Origin: Saprolegnia diclina VS20
Taxonomy: Eukaryota
DNA: 64,000 nt
Assembly: GCF_000281045.1 (NCBI RefSeq)
Contig: NW_008246096.1
Location: forward strand, 163,727 to 227,726
Direction of reading: 5' to 3'
The notes under the pieces are model-generated. The model was not told the DNA's origin. It saw nothing but the letters and a program-made list of their open reading frames with translations, and made no database searches. Position 1 is the first letter of the stretch. Each line of letters opens with the position of its first letter. Below, piece after piece: positions 1 through 12,362 of this stretch. The translations under genes and the position numbers were made by a program.

Positions 1-373
1 AACTCACGTGGCGCTGGAGCGCCCACGTCACGCCCTTCTCGTCCGTGAAGCGGTCCGGCTTGGAGCTGCCAAAGGCAGAGTACATGGGGCCCGTCGGCGC
101 CTCGTCCGCCTTGGCCGGCGCGGGCTCCGAGCGGTAGATCTTGGCGTTGGCATACCCGAGCTTGATGGTAATGTTACGCTCGAGCTCGTTCTTGAAGCGC
201 ACAGTCTGCACGCCCGAGATGGCCTTGACGACCGTCGACTTGCCGTGGGCGACATGGCCGATCGTACCAATGTTGATGGTCGCCTGGCGCGAGATGACCT
301 CGGGCGTGAGCGGCGTGAGCGTCTTTGGGTCGAGCGCCGAGAGGTCCTGGACGGCCAGCTGCGAGTTGTTCAT
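1..373 (-). CDS. EIF2S3: Eukaryotic translation initiation factor 2 gamma subunit (5' part; runs off the window start)
   Basis: Reverse strand from ATG 373 reads [80 protein letters not shown], the diagnostic eIF2-gamma G1/switch region. It is not in the ORF track because it is truncated. Confidence 0.97.
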   Translation of the reverse strand, partial: MNNSQLAVQDLSALDPKTLTPLTPEVISRQATINIGTIGHVAHGKSTVVKAISGVQTVRFKNELERNITIKLGYANAKIYRSEPAPAKADEAPTGPMYSAFGSSKPDRFTDEKGVTWALQRHVS

Positions 374-919
374 CGTCGAGGCTTGCGAATATGACTGGAC
401 GAAGGCGTAGTCAATGCTATCTCAGCCACTGAAAATCCCCGAAACCCACCATGTCCGGATGGACTTTACCGGATGACGGAATTTGATTGTGGCCGACCGC
501 GCGGCCGAAGCGACAGGGCCGACGTGGCGCCGTCGCCTCGCCGGCCGGGTTGTGCTTGGCGGCCCAGCGAAGCGGCGCAGACGCTTCTTCCATCTCGGTC
601 AAATGTGCTTGTGGGCGATAGCGGTCGTAGAAGCGAGGCCATCGCGTTCGTATGGCCTTGGCATGTGCGGAGGAAGACGACGTGGGCATGACGCACGGCA
701 ACAACCCTGCGGCAACAGCATCTCTCGCCAGTCCAAGAAGGTCTTGTAGCAGCATGCCATAGGAATCTTCGCGGCAATGCAGTATCGCACGTGCCTGGCT
801 CGACCCGATGGCAAACACAACGAAGTCGAAAGGCCCATCATGTTATGCAGAGACCACAGTCTAGAGACCGTGGTCTGCCATGCGAGTACTGTAGCAAAAG
901 ACGCACTCGGTACTTGTCC

Positions 920-2704
920 TTAGAGAAGCGGCGATGCTTTCCGCTTGCTCGAGATGACGTTGTACATGGCTGCGTCCACGAGCCCCATGACCTAGTTCAT
1001 AAGCTCAGTCGAGATGCATGAACCAAGATAAGCAGTAGTATGTACGGTGAAGACGCCGCCGACGATGGCGCAGACGCTGGTCAGGAACGGGACGAGTCCC
1101 TTCTGCGTCTGCTCGATGCGAAACTTGATGGGCGAGAACTCGTATGCAAACGTAATGCGCGGGAGCCCCTTCTGCCCCGTCGGCGTCATCTCCAGAAAAT
1201 GCTCGGTCGCCGAGTACTGGTTGGACTTGATCTCGTCGCCGTTCAAGAACGAATAGTCGGTCGAGACAACCTACAGAATAGACAATCGTAACCACAGTTG
1301 GTAAGCTCGAGTGGCGGACCTTGAGAAAGTACTGGTACGCGCCGCGCGTGCCCTCGGCAAGGTGCTTGACGCGCGCGTTGAGAGGGTTCTTCATGTTCTA
1401 CACATCGTGTTAAAAGGAGTCGAGCGCATGACGACGTACGGGGTACTCTTGGCCAAACGTGAGCGCGTGGATCGTGTGCGAGTTGTCAAAGACCTTGAAC
1501 GTCGAGTCCAAGACATCGTCCGCGACAAGGTACCCGCTTTGAAAGATCTTGGACGGCGCGAAGTAAAACTTGCCAGCGACCTAATGCCCTCGCACGCATG
1601 CGAATGCGATCGTCTTTGCGGAGAGGGTACCTTGGCGACGTCCAGATGGCCCGTGATGCGGCAGCCTTCCTTGATGTCGCCCTTGAGGATAGACTCCAAG
1701 TCGGCGTTCATGCACTAGAGAGTGGCTCAACATTCGGCGAGCTTTCGACGCGTAGGAATATACCTGCACCACGTTGTGCAAGCTCGGGAGCGCCCAGTTG
1801 CGACGAACGTACGCGCTCTTGACGTCCTCGCACGTGTTGCAGCACTAGAGATAACGTGACGTGGCTACAAAGGCACTGCGTGACGGTGGCCGTACCTCGC
1901 CCGGATCGCCGGCGCCGTAGCAGTTGCCGCACTTGGAGCTACTCTTCGTTAGACCTCTTGGTACATGTAAAGGTGATACAGCGTACCCGTCGGATTGAAC
2001 GGCGAGTTGCGACTCGTTGACAAGCGCACCACCAATCTAGCGGACACCGAGAGGTCAGGAGCACAGCCCTCATCATTGGGCATCCACCGTTTCTTTGATC
2101 TTTTCGCCAATGGCGTTGCCTACACACTCGCGAGATGATGGCTGTGCATGTAGAAGCGTTCGCTGTACCCTGAAGGTCCAAGCGCGTCTTGTGAATGTTG
2201 TCGATGACGTCGAGCTAGACATGCAATGCTCAGGAGGTGCAAGGAGGAAGAAGCGCATGACGTACTTGAACGCGGCCGGCAAGATCCGCATGTTCGATGG
2301 AGACGATCTGGCAGGGCATGCTACATGGAGCGTCGCACCTTCTTCACCGGTAGCGCGTATCGTACCGAGGAAACGCAATGTCAAAGTTGATCGAGAGATT
2401 CACATTGCGCGTGCCATCCACATACATCTTGTCGACCGTATCCTACGCACACATGTGAGCCCTATCGCTAGAGAGCAGCGCCGGGTCACGCACCACGGCC
2501 AAGTGGTAGGCAAGCTCCGAGAAGAAGAGGTAGGCCATGAGGATGAAGGCGCAGAGCGAGACTAGCCACAGCAGCATGAGACCATCGTGGCATCGAGGGT
2601 AGCGAGGTCGTACAGAGGCCGCCCTGGGTCGTGCGGACCTTGAACTCTTCGAGCGTCTTGGGGTTTGCGTCGAAGCCCTTGATCTTCTGCCACATCGACG
2701 CCAT
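920..2704 (-). CDS. ERGIC3: ER-Golgi intermediate compartment protein 3 / Erv46-like (multi-exon)
   Basis: N-terminus MASMWQKIKGFDANPKTLEEFKVRTTQGG followed by a TM helix. Internal motifs EGCRITGHLDVAKV, YQYFLKV, NQYSATEH and YEFSPIKFRIEQTQKGLVPFLTSVCAIVGGVFTV. The last exon ends ...SKRKASPLL with TAA at 920-922. Confidence 0.93.
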
Positions 2705-2962
2705 GCTGTTCGTCGTTCGGCGCTTCCGAGCGGAACACGTAAGTGCTCGAAGTCGAATTTGGTACCTACGAACTTCGTAATTGAGCTAAAAACACTCAAG
2801 TCCATTTGATTTTTGATTCGACTAAGAAATCAACCCACAGAAAGCCAAACGCACAATGTGACCGCAGGAGCGCGACAGTCGAGGCGACTGACTAGACGAT
2901 TAACGGCCGTCGTCTCGTACATCTCTGCCCTTCGGTTTCACATTTGACACGTAGGAAGCAAT

Positions 2963-3439
2963 ATGCACCTCGCGCTTTGGCTCCTTGTGCTGCTGGTCGC
3001 GATGGCCGTCGACGCGATCGCCAATGGCTGTGAGCAGTGTCGTCTCACGGGACAGTGCGCGCAAGCAGCATACCACAACGTATCGGGCCACTACTGCGGC
3101 GAGTACCTTTCGCACAACGACAACTCGACTGTCTTGTGCTGCTGCCCCACCGGTCGTCTCTGCAACGCCACCACGACCACCTGCAACTGCGCCAGGCCCA
3201 CCACGACGAACGAAGCTACGGTCACAACACCACTGGTCTGCCTGGCAGCGTTCTTTCTCGTCTTCTTCAGCGGGCTCATCTGGTGCAGCAGCCAGCGCAG
3301 CACGGCAGTGCACGATGCATCGTCCTACGTCCTCTACAAAGACACCGACTCGACGGAATCGTCGGCGCGCGAGAGCGAGATCGGTGACTTTATCGGCAGC
3401 CACAACGACAACGCGAGCAAGCAACTCAAGGTCCAGTAG
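2963..3439 (+). CDS. Small cysteine-rich single-pass membrane/surface protein
   Basis: 158 aa single exon: signal peptide, Cys-rich ectodomain (CEQC...C...YCG...CCCP...C...CNC), Thr-rich stalk, TM helix LVCLAAFFLVFFSGLIW and a short Ser/acidic tail. Confidence 0.75.
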   Translation: MHLALWLLVLLVAMAVDAIANGCEQCRLTGQCAQAAYHNVSGHYCGEYLSHNDNSTVLCCCPTGRLCNATTTTCNCARPTTTNEATVTTPLVCLAAFFLVFFSGLIWCSSQRSTAVHDASSYVLYKDTDSTESSARESEIGDFIGSHNDNASKQLKVQ

Positions 3440-3982
3440 CACACGCGCGGTGGGCTCGTCGCGTTAGACTTTGTATGGTTGGCTGTCGTGCATCGAGTCC
3501 AACTTCGTTCCTTTTCCTCGTATGTACACTGTCGTACTTGGTGTCAGGCGGTCGGTGCATGCGGTGCAGACTGGTCGACAACTTTGTTGGGTGGTGGAAG
3601 AGACCGGAGCGCGTCAACGTGAGCGGTCGACTATGAGTGATAGGGTCGTCGTGTCGTGCACCCAATTGGACGATGGCACTTGAAGTGCGACTCGTCTCGT
3701 CGCGCGACTAAACTATTCTACTAGAAAACCGCGCCGTCGCTGCCAGCCTTGGCCGTAGCGAATGCATCCATGCTTCAATGCCACGCGTATATACACCCGA
3801 GCAGCTGGTGCAACGTTGCAAAAGACGTCCGTATTGGCGGCTTCACGCGCGTTCGCCACCAGCCCTGCTACGCCACTCGGATGCAACGCCCAGCCAAACG
3901 TTCACGGAAGTCGCCGTTAAATAAGGATCTACTTGGATGAAGCGGGTAGCACTACCTACGTCTATGCTCGTTGCAGCAAGCG

Positions 3983-4300
3983 CTAAAAGAGCGTGGTCAC
4001 GACCATGAGGAAGAGACCGAGGAGCAAGAGCTTGAACGCGAGGTCTTTGTCTGGCACCGCCTTGGTCTTCTTCTTCTTCTTCTTCTTCGTGAGCGGCGCC
4101 GTCGCGGGTGACGGTGCCAGCGAGAGGTTGAGGTCGACGTGTGTTTGGTCGCACACGACGTGGCTCGGCAGCGCTGCGTCCATGAGCGCGAGGCGCGGAC
4201 ATGTGTCAAGCGACGGCTTGGACGTGGCCGTCGCGATGACGAGGAAGCCGACGCAGGCCATGAGCACGAGGAGGCTCCGCGGGACGTCGTACAGCAGCAT
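3983..4300 (-). CDS. Small hypothetical membrane protein (two hydrophobic segments, poly-Lys)
   Basis: From ATG 4300: MLLYDVPRSLLVLMACVGFLVIATAT...TKKKKKKKTK...LAFKLLLLGLFLMVVTTLF*. A TATCCGGATA motif lies ~100 bp upstream, as for other genes here. Confidence 0.5.
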   Translation of the reverse strand: MLLYDVPRSLLVLMACVGFLVIATATSKPSLDTCPRLALMDAALPSHVVCDQTHVDLNLSLAPSPATAPLTKKKKKKKTKAVPDKDLAFKLLLLGLFLMVVTTLF

Positions 4301-4392
4301 GTATGAGGCGCCGATCGAAATCGAAAATGGACGCTTCCTCGTTGGGTTCCAACCGGTGTCGCAGTCGAGTGATACAAACGCCGAGATCATGT

Positions 4393-4406
4393 CTCGTATC
4401 CGGATA
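4393..4406. promoter_or_regulatory. TATCCGGATA palindromic promoter motif (representative copy)
   Basis: Exact ATCCGGAT at 4398, 12941, 45166, 45247, 53073, 53796, 62572 and 62602, with near copies at 454, 12951, 37859 and 37873. All lie in 5' intergenic DNA. Confidence 0.7.
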
Positions 4407-5070
4407 GTCCGGTATATCTTCCGGTTGGCACCGTTTCGGCGCTAATTTGAGGCCCTTTGCCGCGCCAAAATGGTGGCGTTCAAGGTCTCCAGGTCCTATC
4501 TTGGGCTCATGGGCAGTACGAGCTATCGATGGACTTATGACCTTGAGACTATGGTAGACGAACCCTCGAGACGCGCAGGCCATCGGGTGGCATGAACTAT
4601 CACTGTGGCAGAGCGAATTTCGGAATGCATTGGTTACGCCACGACGATCAATCAAGCTGGCTGGATCGCATTCGGCGAGGCTACTGTGACCGCCACTATA
4701 ATCACCCCGCAGCCAGCCTTTCAACAACGTAGCAGGTGCAAGAGCAAAGGCTCCGGCTCGCTCTAGCTACTGTATATTTAAAGGAGCTTTGGTTTCGACA
4801 CTGCACAAGTAAGTTGGCGCTGTGCAGCTGGACTACAAGTGACCACCACGAACTGCAGAGCTCCGGACCATCACCTACTTGAGCTGGAGCGTGAAGGATG
4901 AGGATACCGAATATAGCCTCGGTCCGCCATCCTCCTCATCGCTTGGGCTGCGCTTGCACTTGGCGCTACAAAGCTGCACTTGCTCGATTTCGCAAAACAA
5001 CCCTGTGCAATACTCTGTAATCGTATATTTCGATATTTGCTTTCAGAGGTACTTGCACTTCCAACACACC

Positions 5071-7694
5071 ATGGACACGGAGCCGAAGAAGAAGAAGCGC
5101 CGATGCGTCTCCAAGGCCGAGCGCTTGGCCAAGCGCATGCAAGCAGTCTCACTGCAGGAAGACGAGAAGTTGGCGCAGGTCGAGGCGCTCTGCGCGACCG
5201 ACTCGAGCCAAGACTGGGACGCCGCCCATCGGCTGGCCACGTCGCCGACGACGCGCGCGGCCTTCCTCGCGATCTTGCTCCAGAAGCACCAAGCCAAGGC
5301 TGCCGCACACTACACACGCCGGTGGGATCCGCCAGAGGATCTCTCGCGGCTGCTGGAGAACGATCGTGTCCTGGCGGCGTTGCACGCCCATGCCGCGACG
5401 GCCGCGACCTTTCTGAGCGCGTGGCGCGATGCGCCGGTTCCGCCCGCAGCGCTGCGCACGCTTCTCCTCGACTTTGTGCTGCCATGGATCGAGCGCAAGG
5501 AAGACGCGCCACTGCAGATCCTACTGCACCAGTTTGCCGCGCTCAAGTGGCGCCTCCTGGACCACGCGCTCGTGACCACGCAGGGCCAGCACCTCGTCAA
5601 CCAGTTCGCTCACGTCGTACGCAGCCTCTACGACGAGCCCGAGATCGCGCGACCACTGACTCCGTGGCTCGAGACAGTCTCGGCTCCGATCGACGTCCAT
5701 CCTCGCGAATATGTGCGCAAGCAGGTGGAAGATGTCTTGCAGCGCGTCTGGCCCGACGCGCGCGTCCACCTCTTTGGTTCGTCCGTCACTGGCCTCTGCG
5801 CGCCCGACAGCGACGTAGACCTCTGCGTTCTCGTGCCATCGGCGCCCGGGCGCTTTGCCGACTCGGTTGCTCTCGCCGTCGATATGCACGAGCACCTCTC
5901 GCTCTACCTGCCATCACCGCACTCAATGGTCGTCAAGAACGCGCGCATCCCCGTCATCAAGATGCACTTGCATGGTCTCGATGTGGACATTTGTATCAAC
6001 AACACGGCCGCGCTCTGGAACTCGCAGCTGCTCGTGGCCCTCTTCATCGCGTACCCTGCCCTGCGCCCGCTCTGTGTGTGTCTTCGGTCGTGGGCCGCGC
6101 GCCGGTCGCTGCTCAAGTCGTCAACGTGCTCGCATTCGCTCTCGCCGTACGCCTTTGTCTTGCTCATCGTGTACTGGCTCCAAGTGCGCGGGTACCTTCC
6201 GTTCGTTGATGTGTCCTTCGACGACAGTCTGTCGGTTCCCATCGCACGTATCGATGACGCGATCGCGTCCGCGCTGGACGAAGCGCTGCCGCCATCCAAG
6301 ACGCTCGCGACGACAGCAGTGCCGTCGCTGCTCGTCAACTTTTTCGTCTTTTACGCGGCCGACTTTGCCAACAACACGGACATTGCGTCCCTCCGGCGCT
6401 GCGCTTTGCACAAGCCCAAGCCCAATGGCACGCTCCATCTCGAGGACCCGATTGAAGTCGACCGCAACTTGGGCACGTACCTCAACAAGCTCTCGCAGCG
6501 CACGCTGCGCCTCGAGTTTGTGCGCGCGTGCGTCTTGGTGCACCAGGCGTTGCATCCCGAGACAAATGTCGCGCGCGAGGCGGTCGGAAGCCTCTACTTT
6601 GGACGCGATGCGAGCCTTCCAGTGCCGACGCGGTCGGTTCTCGACGTCTTGATGCGACCGCGCGCATCGCATCACTTTGGCTGGAGCATGGCCGGAGATA
6701 TGATTGCGTCCGAAGCGTTCACAACGGTTGTCGTCACGGCGCTCGACGCGTTTCCAAGTCTGGCCGGCGTCGATGTCGTCGGCGTCGACTGCGAAGGCGC
6801 CAACCTCGGCCGGTCCGGGTCGCTCACCCTCGTCTCGCTTGCGATCGGGCCGATCGTGTACCTCGTGGACGTACTCACCAACCCATTACTTCTTGGCCCT
6901 CTCAAGCTTTTGCTCGAGAGCCGATCGATCGTCAAGGTCCTGCATGACTGCCGGAAAGACAGTGACGCGCTGCTTCACACGGCAGGTATTTCGCTTACCC
7001 ACGTCTTCGACACGCAGGTAAACTGTGCGCTGGTCCGTGTGAACGCTCAATGTACTTCTGCAGGTCGCCCATGCAGTGCTGCACCAGCTGCGCAAGCCCG
7101 CGGCCAAGGACGATGGCCGCCATCTCGTGGTACGCACCCTTTTCGACGGTGGGCGAGTGCAAGCTTGTTGCGTAGGGACCAAGCGCCAGTGTCATTGCGC
7201 TCGACAATGCCAACCACGAATGCGTCGCGTACGCGGATGTGTTGAGCCACTATTTGTCACTGCCGCCGTCGCGCGTCAAGGCCAGCGTGAAGGAAGCCAT
7301 GACGAGTGACGACGCGACGTGGACGCGCCGGCCTCTCTCCGCCGACCTCCTCGAGTATGCCGCGATGGATGTTGCCTATCTGAGCGTCTTGCACCGCCTC
7401 ATGACCCATGCGCTTGGCCCGCACATGGGCTTGTGTGACGCGCGTGCGGCTGCGTATCTCGGCTGCCGCGACTGGAGCTTTGCACCAACGCGACTGGTTG
7501 GCGCCTCTGTGCCTGGGTTCATTCACAACATTACGTCCAAGTATGTGTACGTGACACTGTCGCCGTCCACGGTCGGGCTTCTCTCGACGACCGACGCGGT
7601 CAAGGCACCGGTCAGCGACGACATGCAAAAGCTGGCGGTGGGCGACGCGATCACTGTCGAGGTCGGCCACGACCGCAGCGTCAAGTGGATCTAA
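5071..7694 (+). CDS. Terminal nucleotidyltransferase (Cid1/Trf4/TUTase family) fused to a DEDDy 3'-5' exonuclease (EXD1/Egl/MUT-7-like) and a C-terminal S1-like domain
   Basis: Exons 5071-7017, 7064-7129 and 7176-7694, joined in frame by two 46-nt GT-AG introns. NTase motifs LFGSSVTGLCAPDSDVDL, ARIPVIK and DVDICINN; PAP-associated motif LHLEDPIEVDRNLG; ExoI VGVDCEG, ExoII KVLHDCRKDSDAL...VFDTQV, ExoIII LLEYAAMDVAYL; S1-like tail LVGASVPGFIHNITSKYVYVTL...LAVGDAITVEV. Confidence 0.88.
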
Positions 7695-7737
7695 GACCGC
7701 CAAACTTCTTTGATCGTAATCGTAGTACGGTTGTGCA

Positions 7738-10110
7738 TTAGGTCGAGGCTTTGGACGATGCGTCGCCGTCGTTAAATATTTCGTGGAGTGCGCACCGGTT
7801 GAGCATTTGGTGTTTGAGCAGCAGTTGTCGCCGGTTGATGTGCGCGTCAAAGGTGTTGATGCGCGACGAGAGCACTTCTTCGCGGATGTCGGTCTGCAGC
7901 GCCTTGAGGATCTCGACCATGCTCGGCCGCGCTTTCGGGTCGTCATCGAGGCAGCGCGAAATGAGCGCGTGCCGCTTGGGCGGACACGTCGACGGAATCG
8001 TCGGTCGGCGCACGCCACGCGCGACCTGGGCCATGATGTCGATCGTGCTCATGCCGTCGCAGTCAAAGTACGGGTCCTTGCGCGACTCGAGCTCAATGAG
8101 GACAATGCCAAAGCTGTAGCAGTCGACCGGTGTGCTGTACGGCGTCTCGCGCAGAATCTCGGGGGCGAGCCAGTACGGCGTGCCGACCATGGTGCGGAGG
8201 CACTCTTCCATGTGAATTTGCTTGGATTCGCCAAAGTCCGACACTTTGCAGGCGTACGTCGCCGAACAGAGGAGGTTGGCGCTCTTGAGATCGCGGTGGA
8301 TGATGTTGCTGTGGTGCAGATACGCCATTCCCTAGTCAACACATCTCAGCTAATGTGTTGAGGGAGAGCGCAAACCTGCGCGGCGTCGTTGGCGATCTGT
8401 AGCAAGGGATCGTTCCACTCGAGCGTCATGGACGACTGCAGGAGCGAGTGCACGTCGCCTTTCTCCATGTACTCGAGCACGATGCAAAGGTTCGAGATCG
8501 AGTCGATGCTGGCGCCAATGAACTGGACGACGTTCGGGTGGCGGAGACCCGCGAGGAGCTCAACGTGCGCCTTGAACTCGACAATGGTCTCGCGCGTCAA
8601 GACGCTCAGCCTACGACCATACGATGTGAGTTGCAACACTTTGGTGATGGCGTCTACCGCTTGATGGCGACGCGGAGACCCGTGTACTCGCCGCGCACAA
8701 CATCGCCTTTCACGTGCTCGCTCACGAGCTCGTGGAGCGTGAGCTCTTCAAACGGGATCGACACGTTGTGCAAAAACTCGTTCTCGGGCGACTTGGCGTG
8801 CAGCAGCTAATGCATCAAACATCCTTGGTACCGTCGTCCTCGAACGCACGAGGGACGTACTTCTTGGAGCAGCTGCTGTTCAATGGGGCCGACGCGGCCG
8901 CGGGTCGCGAGCTGCTGGCGGTTGACCGTGACACCGTGTTTGAGCGCCGTATTGACGCGTTCGGCGTCCATCTTGGAGTAAAACGTGTAGCGCGCGGCGC
9001 GGTCGAGGAGGTAAAACGCCACCAGCGTGAGCACAATCGGGAGGCAAATCGCAAAGACGAACGCGACAAAGTTCATCGACATGAAGATCTCGTACGAGCC
9101 GGCGTTGATTTTCCAGTTGATGACGTACACAAGCGCGGCCGAGAGCAGGACGAGAATGACCTACCCCTCGTCGTCATCAGCCACACTTGACTCGATCGTA
9201 CCTGGGGAAAATCGAGCTTGAGGCTCAGGCTGAACAGAATCGTGTCGGCGACCGCGTTGCACGCAAAGATGATCGAGATGTACTCGTTGAGCATGTCAAT
9301 GTACTCGAGGCGCCACGCGGCCAGGGTCGTGGACCCGTTGTTGTCGACCCAGTACGCGGGCGCGGGTACGTTCCTGCCACACGTTTGATGTTGGCTCCAC
9401 GCGTTGCGCTCGGTTTGGGATCGCTGGAAGACTGTGCCAAGGTAGATGAGCTTGCCCGTGCAATAGAGCGTCACGACGAGCGTCATGCAGTGCTTCCAAT
9501 AACGACGGGCCCAGTACATGAGCAGCTTGCTCTTGCCCCACGAATTGAGGAGGCGGAACGGGATGAGCGCAAGGCCGAGAGCGAACGGAAAGTACATGAA
9601 ATGCACGACAAGCAGATCCTCGCTCGCGAGGTACTCGAGGCCATGGAGGCCCTTGTAGTACCCGTCGTAGTTGACGAGGCCGCTGGGCGTCAATCGCGGC
9701 GACGCGCACGTCCACCAGACTGAGAAGACCAAGTGCGAGCCAAAGACGAGCGCTAGAATAAACTGCGACTGCCCGATCGCTTGCTGGCTCACGTCCATCT
9801 GATAGAGCTCCTCGGTGCGCGGGTTCCGGAATCGATTCGAGAACGGCAAGAGAAGGCTAGGCGCGTCGGGGCGCATGGACGCTGTCGTTGTGAGCGGCCC
9901 ACGGAGCGACTTGACCTCGCTCTCGAGGGCGGCGCTGCCTTGTCGCTTGCTCGAGAGATGCATGGGCGTCTCGAGCGAGATGGCTACATGGTCCGAGTTG
10001 CTCGAGCTGTCCATGTCGCTCTGTATCCTTGGCGTCTCCACCATGTCATGCTCTAAGGGCAGGCGCTTGGCCCAGAGCGACCGCGGGTTCGTGCAGAGCC
10101 GCCGAAGCAT
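7738..10110 (-). CDS. Multi-pass (about 6 TM) TKL-group protein kinase (multi-exon)
   Basis: Kinase motifs VAIKR, LRHPNVVQFIG, HRDLKSANLL, VSDFG, GTPYWLAPE and DCYSFG. About six hydrophobic helices lie N-terminal to the kinase. The start codon is uncertain (10110 or 10044). Confidence 0.9.
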
Positions 10111-10958
10111 CGCCGCTTGCTGGTCCAAAGGCTTCTGTCCCGGCGCAGGTGGGAGTAATGCTGGCGTGTAAAATACAGAAAACTCGGCGTTTGTATGCTG
10201 TTTAAAACACCAGTTGTTTTGATCCACCTTGAGCCACGCCAGATCCAGACAAAGAATTAAACTATCTTGCTGGTTCTATGCCACATACTATATTTTAAAA
10301 GAATGCATCTCGCCGACTCAGATCTGCGCTCGTTTCGGGCTGGGCCGAAAACAAGATTGCACTTGAGCTCGAGCCTCGCAGAGGTGACGAGAGAGAAGAC
10401 GACCGCGGATGGATGGACTCGCTAATGGACATTGGGGATGGGAAGGCGCAATCACAAGAGGTTGGATACTAGTTGTCGTACGTACCTGAACCTCGCAGCG
10501 AATCAAATGCAGCGTTCGGCGTGTCCATGGACCCAACAAGAAATCGTGTCGATGACATCACCACGCCAATGAGATCCGTCCGAGCACGTGAAGCTAGCAA
10601 TATAACGTTCAATAGCTACGTCTCTCTAACCTGTACAAGGCCTCGACTTGGCCCTCGTTAACAAGCAAGCAAGGCGCTCGACCCGAGCGTAGAAAGGTCA
10701 TGTCAGAATCTGCCCGATCGCAGATGGTGGCAGGGAAACGAGCGTCCAAATCGTGTCTGCACCATACAGTGTATGTTAAATGAGGACAAATCCGAAATCA
10801 AAGCCAACAAATCCCAGGACATATGACCTGTTAGAATACATATATTGTGATACTGTATTGGCATGTTGCTCTCTCCGATCTTGTGAGATATCGAAAGTGA
10901 GAGGGTCTCTTTTGATGTGAGGGGCTTGTTCCAGTTTGGTGTCTTGGCCGGAAGCAAC

Positions 10959-12268
10959 ATGATCTTCCTCGAGAACGAGAGCAAGATTGTACAGGAAGTC
11001 CTGCAAGGCCGTCTCGGCGAGGCGTACGTCCTGCCCCATGAAGGCTATGCACCAAGGCTATGCGTCTCATGCTGCATGCAACGTAGGGCCCCTCGCCCCG
11101 TCGAGCCGCTGGAGATCCGCCTTTGCGATTTTGACGGTAGGCGCCACGCCCAAGGCGAAGCGCCTCATGGCCGTCTGTAGATGTCCAATATGACCTCTCG
11201 ATCCAAGAGAACACGCTGTCCGTGTCCATGTCGTACCCGCCTGTCGTGGAGCTCGTCAAGTAGGCGACCCTACCTGGCAAGCATGCACTAATCTGAGCGT
11301 AGGTTTGGCGCCGCCAACATGTTGGCCAGCGTCTACCCCGAGTTTACGCTCACGGCGCCGAAGCCTGGCTTTGACTTGACCATGGTGGCCAACGTCGATG
11401 CAATCACGCCCGAGAATGCCAGTAGGCCATGACGGCGTCCCCTTCTATCGATCTCACGCACCCGCGGTAGCCAACGTGATTGACCGCATCTCACTCCTGA
11501 AGCGCAACCTCCTGAGCGCCCCCTTTGACCAGTACGTGGGACGCGTCCGACTGGCTCCATGAACAAACCACACGTCTTTGTGTAGCTGCTTCCTCGCACT
11601 CCACGCCGATGCGAGCAGCTCGCTGAGCCCGATCCAAATCCCCTTCCGTCGCCAAGAAACCATCTACGTGTTGCCGCAAGCCGACCGCATTGTCATCGTC
11701 TTCTCGGTCGCGTTCCAGGACAAGACGGACCAAGCGATCGCGCGCATCTTTCTCCAGGTCCGTGTCTCTACCCCGTCCGGTCGCACGCGTTACACTCTTG
11801 CCTGCCTAGGAGTTTGCCGAGGCGCGTCGCCACGTCAACAATGCGCCGCCGGTGAGCTTTGGGAAGGACCCGCCGCTCGAGCTCCGCGGTGTGCCCAATT
11901 TGCGCCAGTCGACGGACCACGTGGGCTACCTCAGCTTTGGTATCTCGCTTGCTATCGCATACATCACTAATAATGAATCTCTAGCCATCTTCAAGACACA
12001 CATCGACACGGATGCAAAGCGCGCCAAGGCCTGCACGCTCATCCAAGGCTTCCGCAACTACTTGCATTACCACATCAAGGCCTCCAAGACGTACATGCAC
12101 ATTCGCATGCGCAAGCGCGTCGACTTGCTTCTTCAAGGTGCTACACACTGTGGTGCATGCCTGTGGCTCATGCTCGCTCTAGTTCTCAACCGCGCGCAGC
12201 CCGCGAAGGATCCGTCCAAGGCCACGAAGAAGACCATTACCGGCAAGACATTTGATCGCAAAGTGTAA
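10959..12268 (+). CDS. ARPC2: Arp2/3 complex subunit 2 (p34-Arc), about 8 short introns
   Basis: MIFLENESKIVQEVL...LCDFD...IPFRRQETIYV...DRIVIVFSVAFQDKTDQAIARIFLQEF...NNAPPVSFGKDPPLELRG...FRNYLHYHIKASKTYMHIRMRKRV...VLNRA...KKTITGKTF. Confidence 0.96.
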
Positions 12269-12362
12269 GCTGCTGCCGTACCACTGCGTTGTACCTGCAG
12301 CGTCGTACAAGAAGGATGTAATGCAGTCGCATGACGTCGTCGTCGTTCTACGTCTTGACCGA

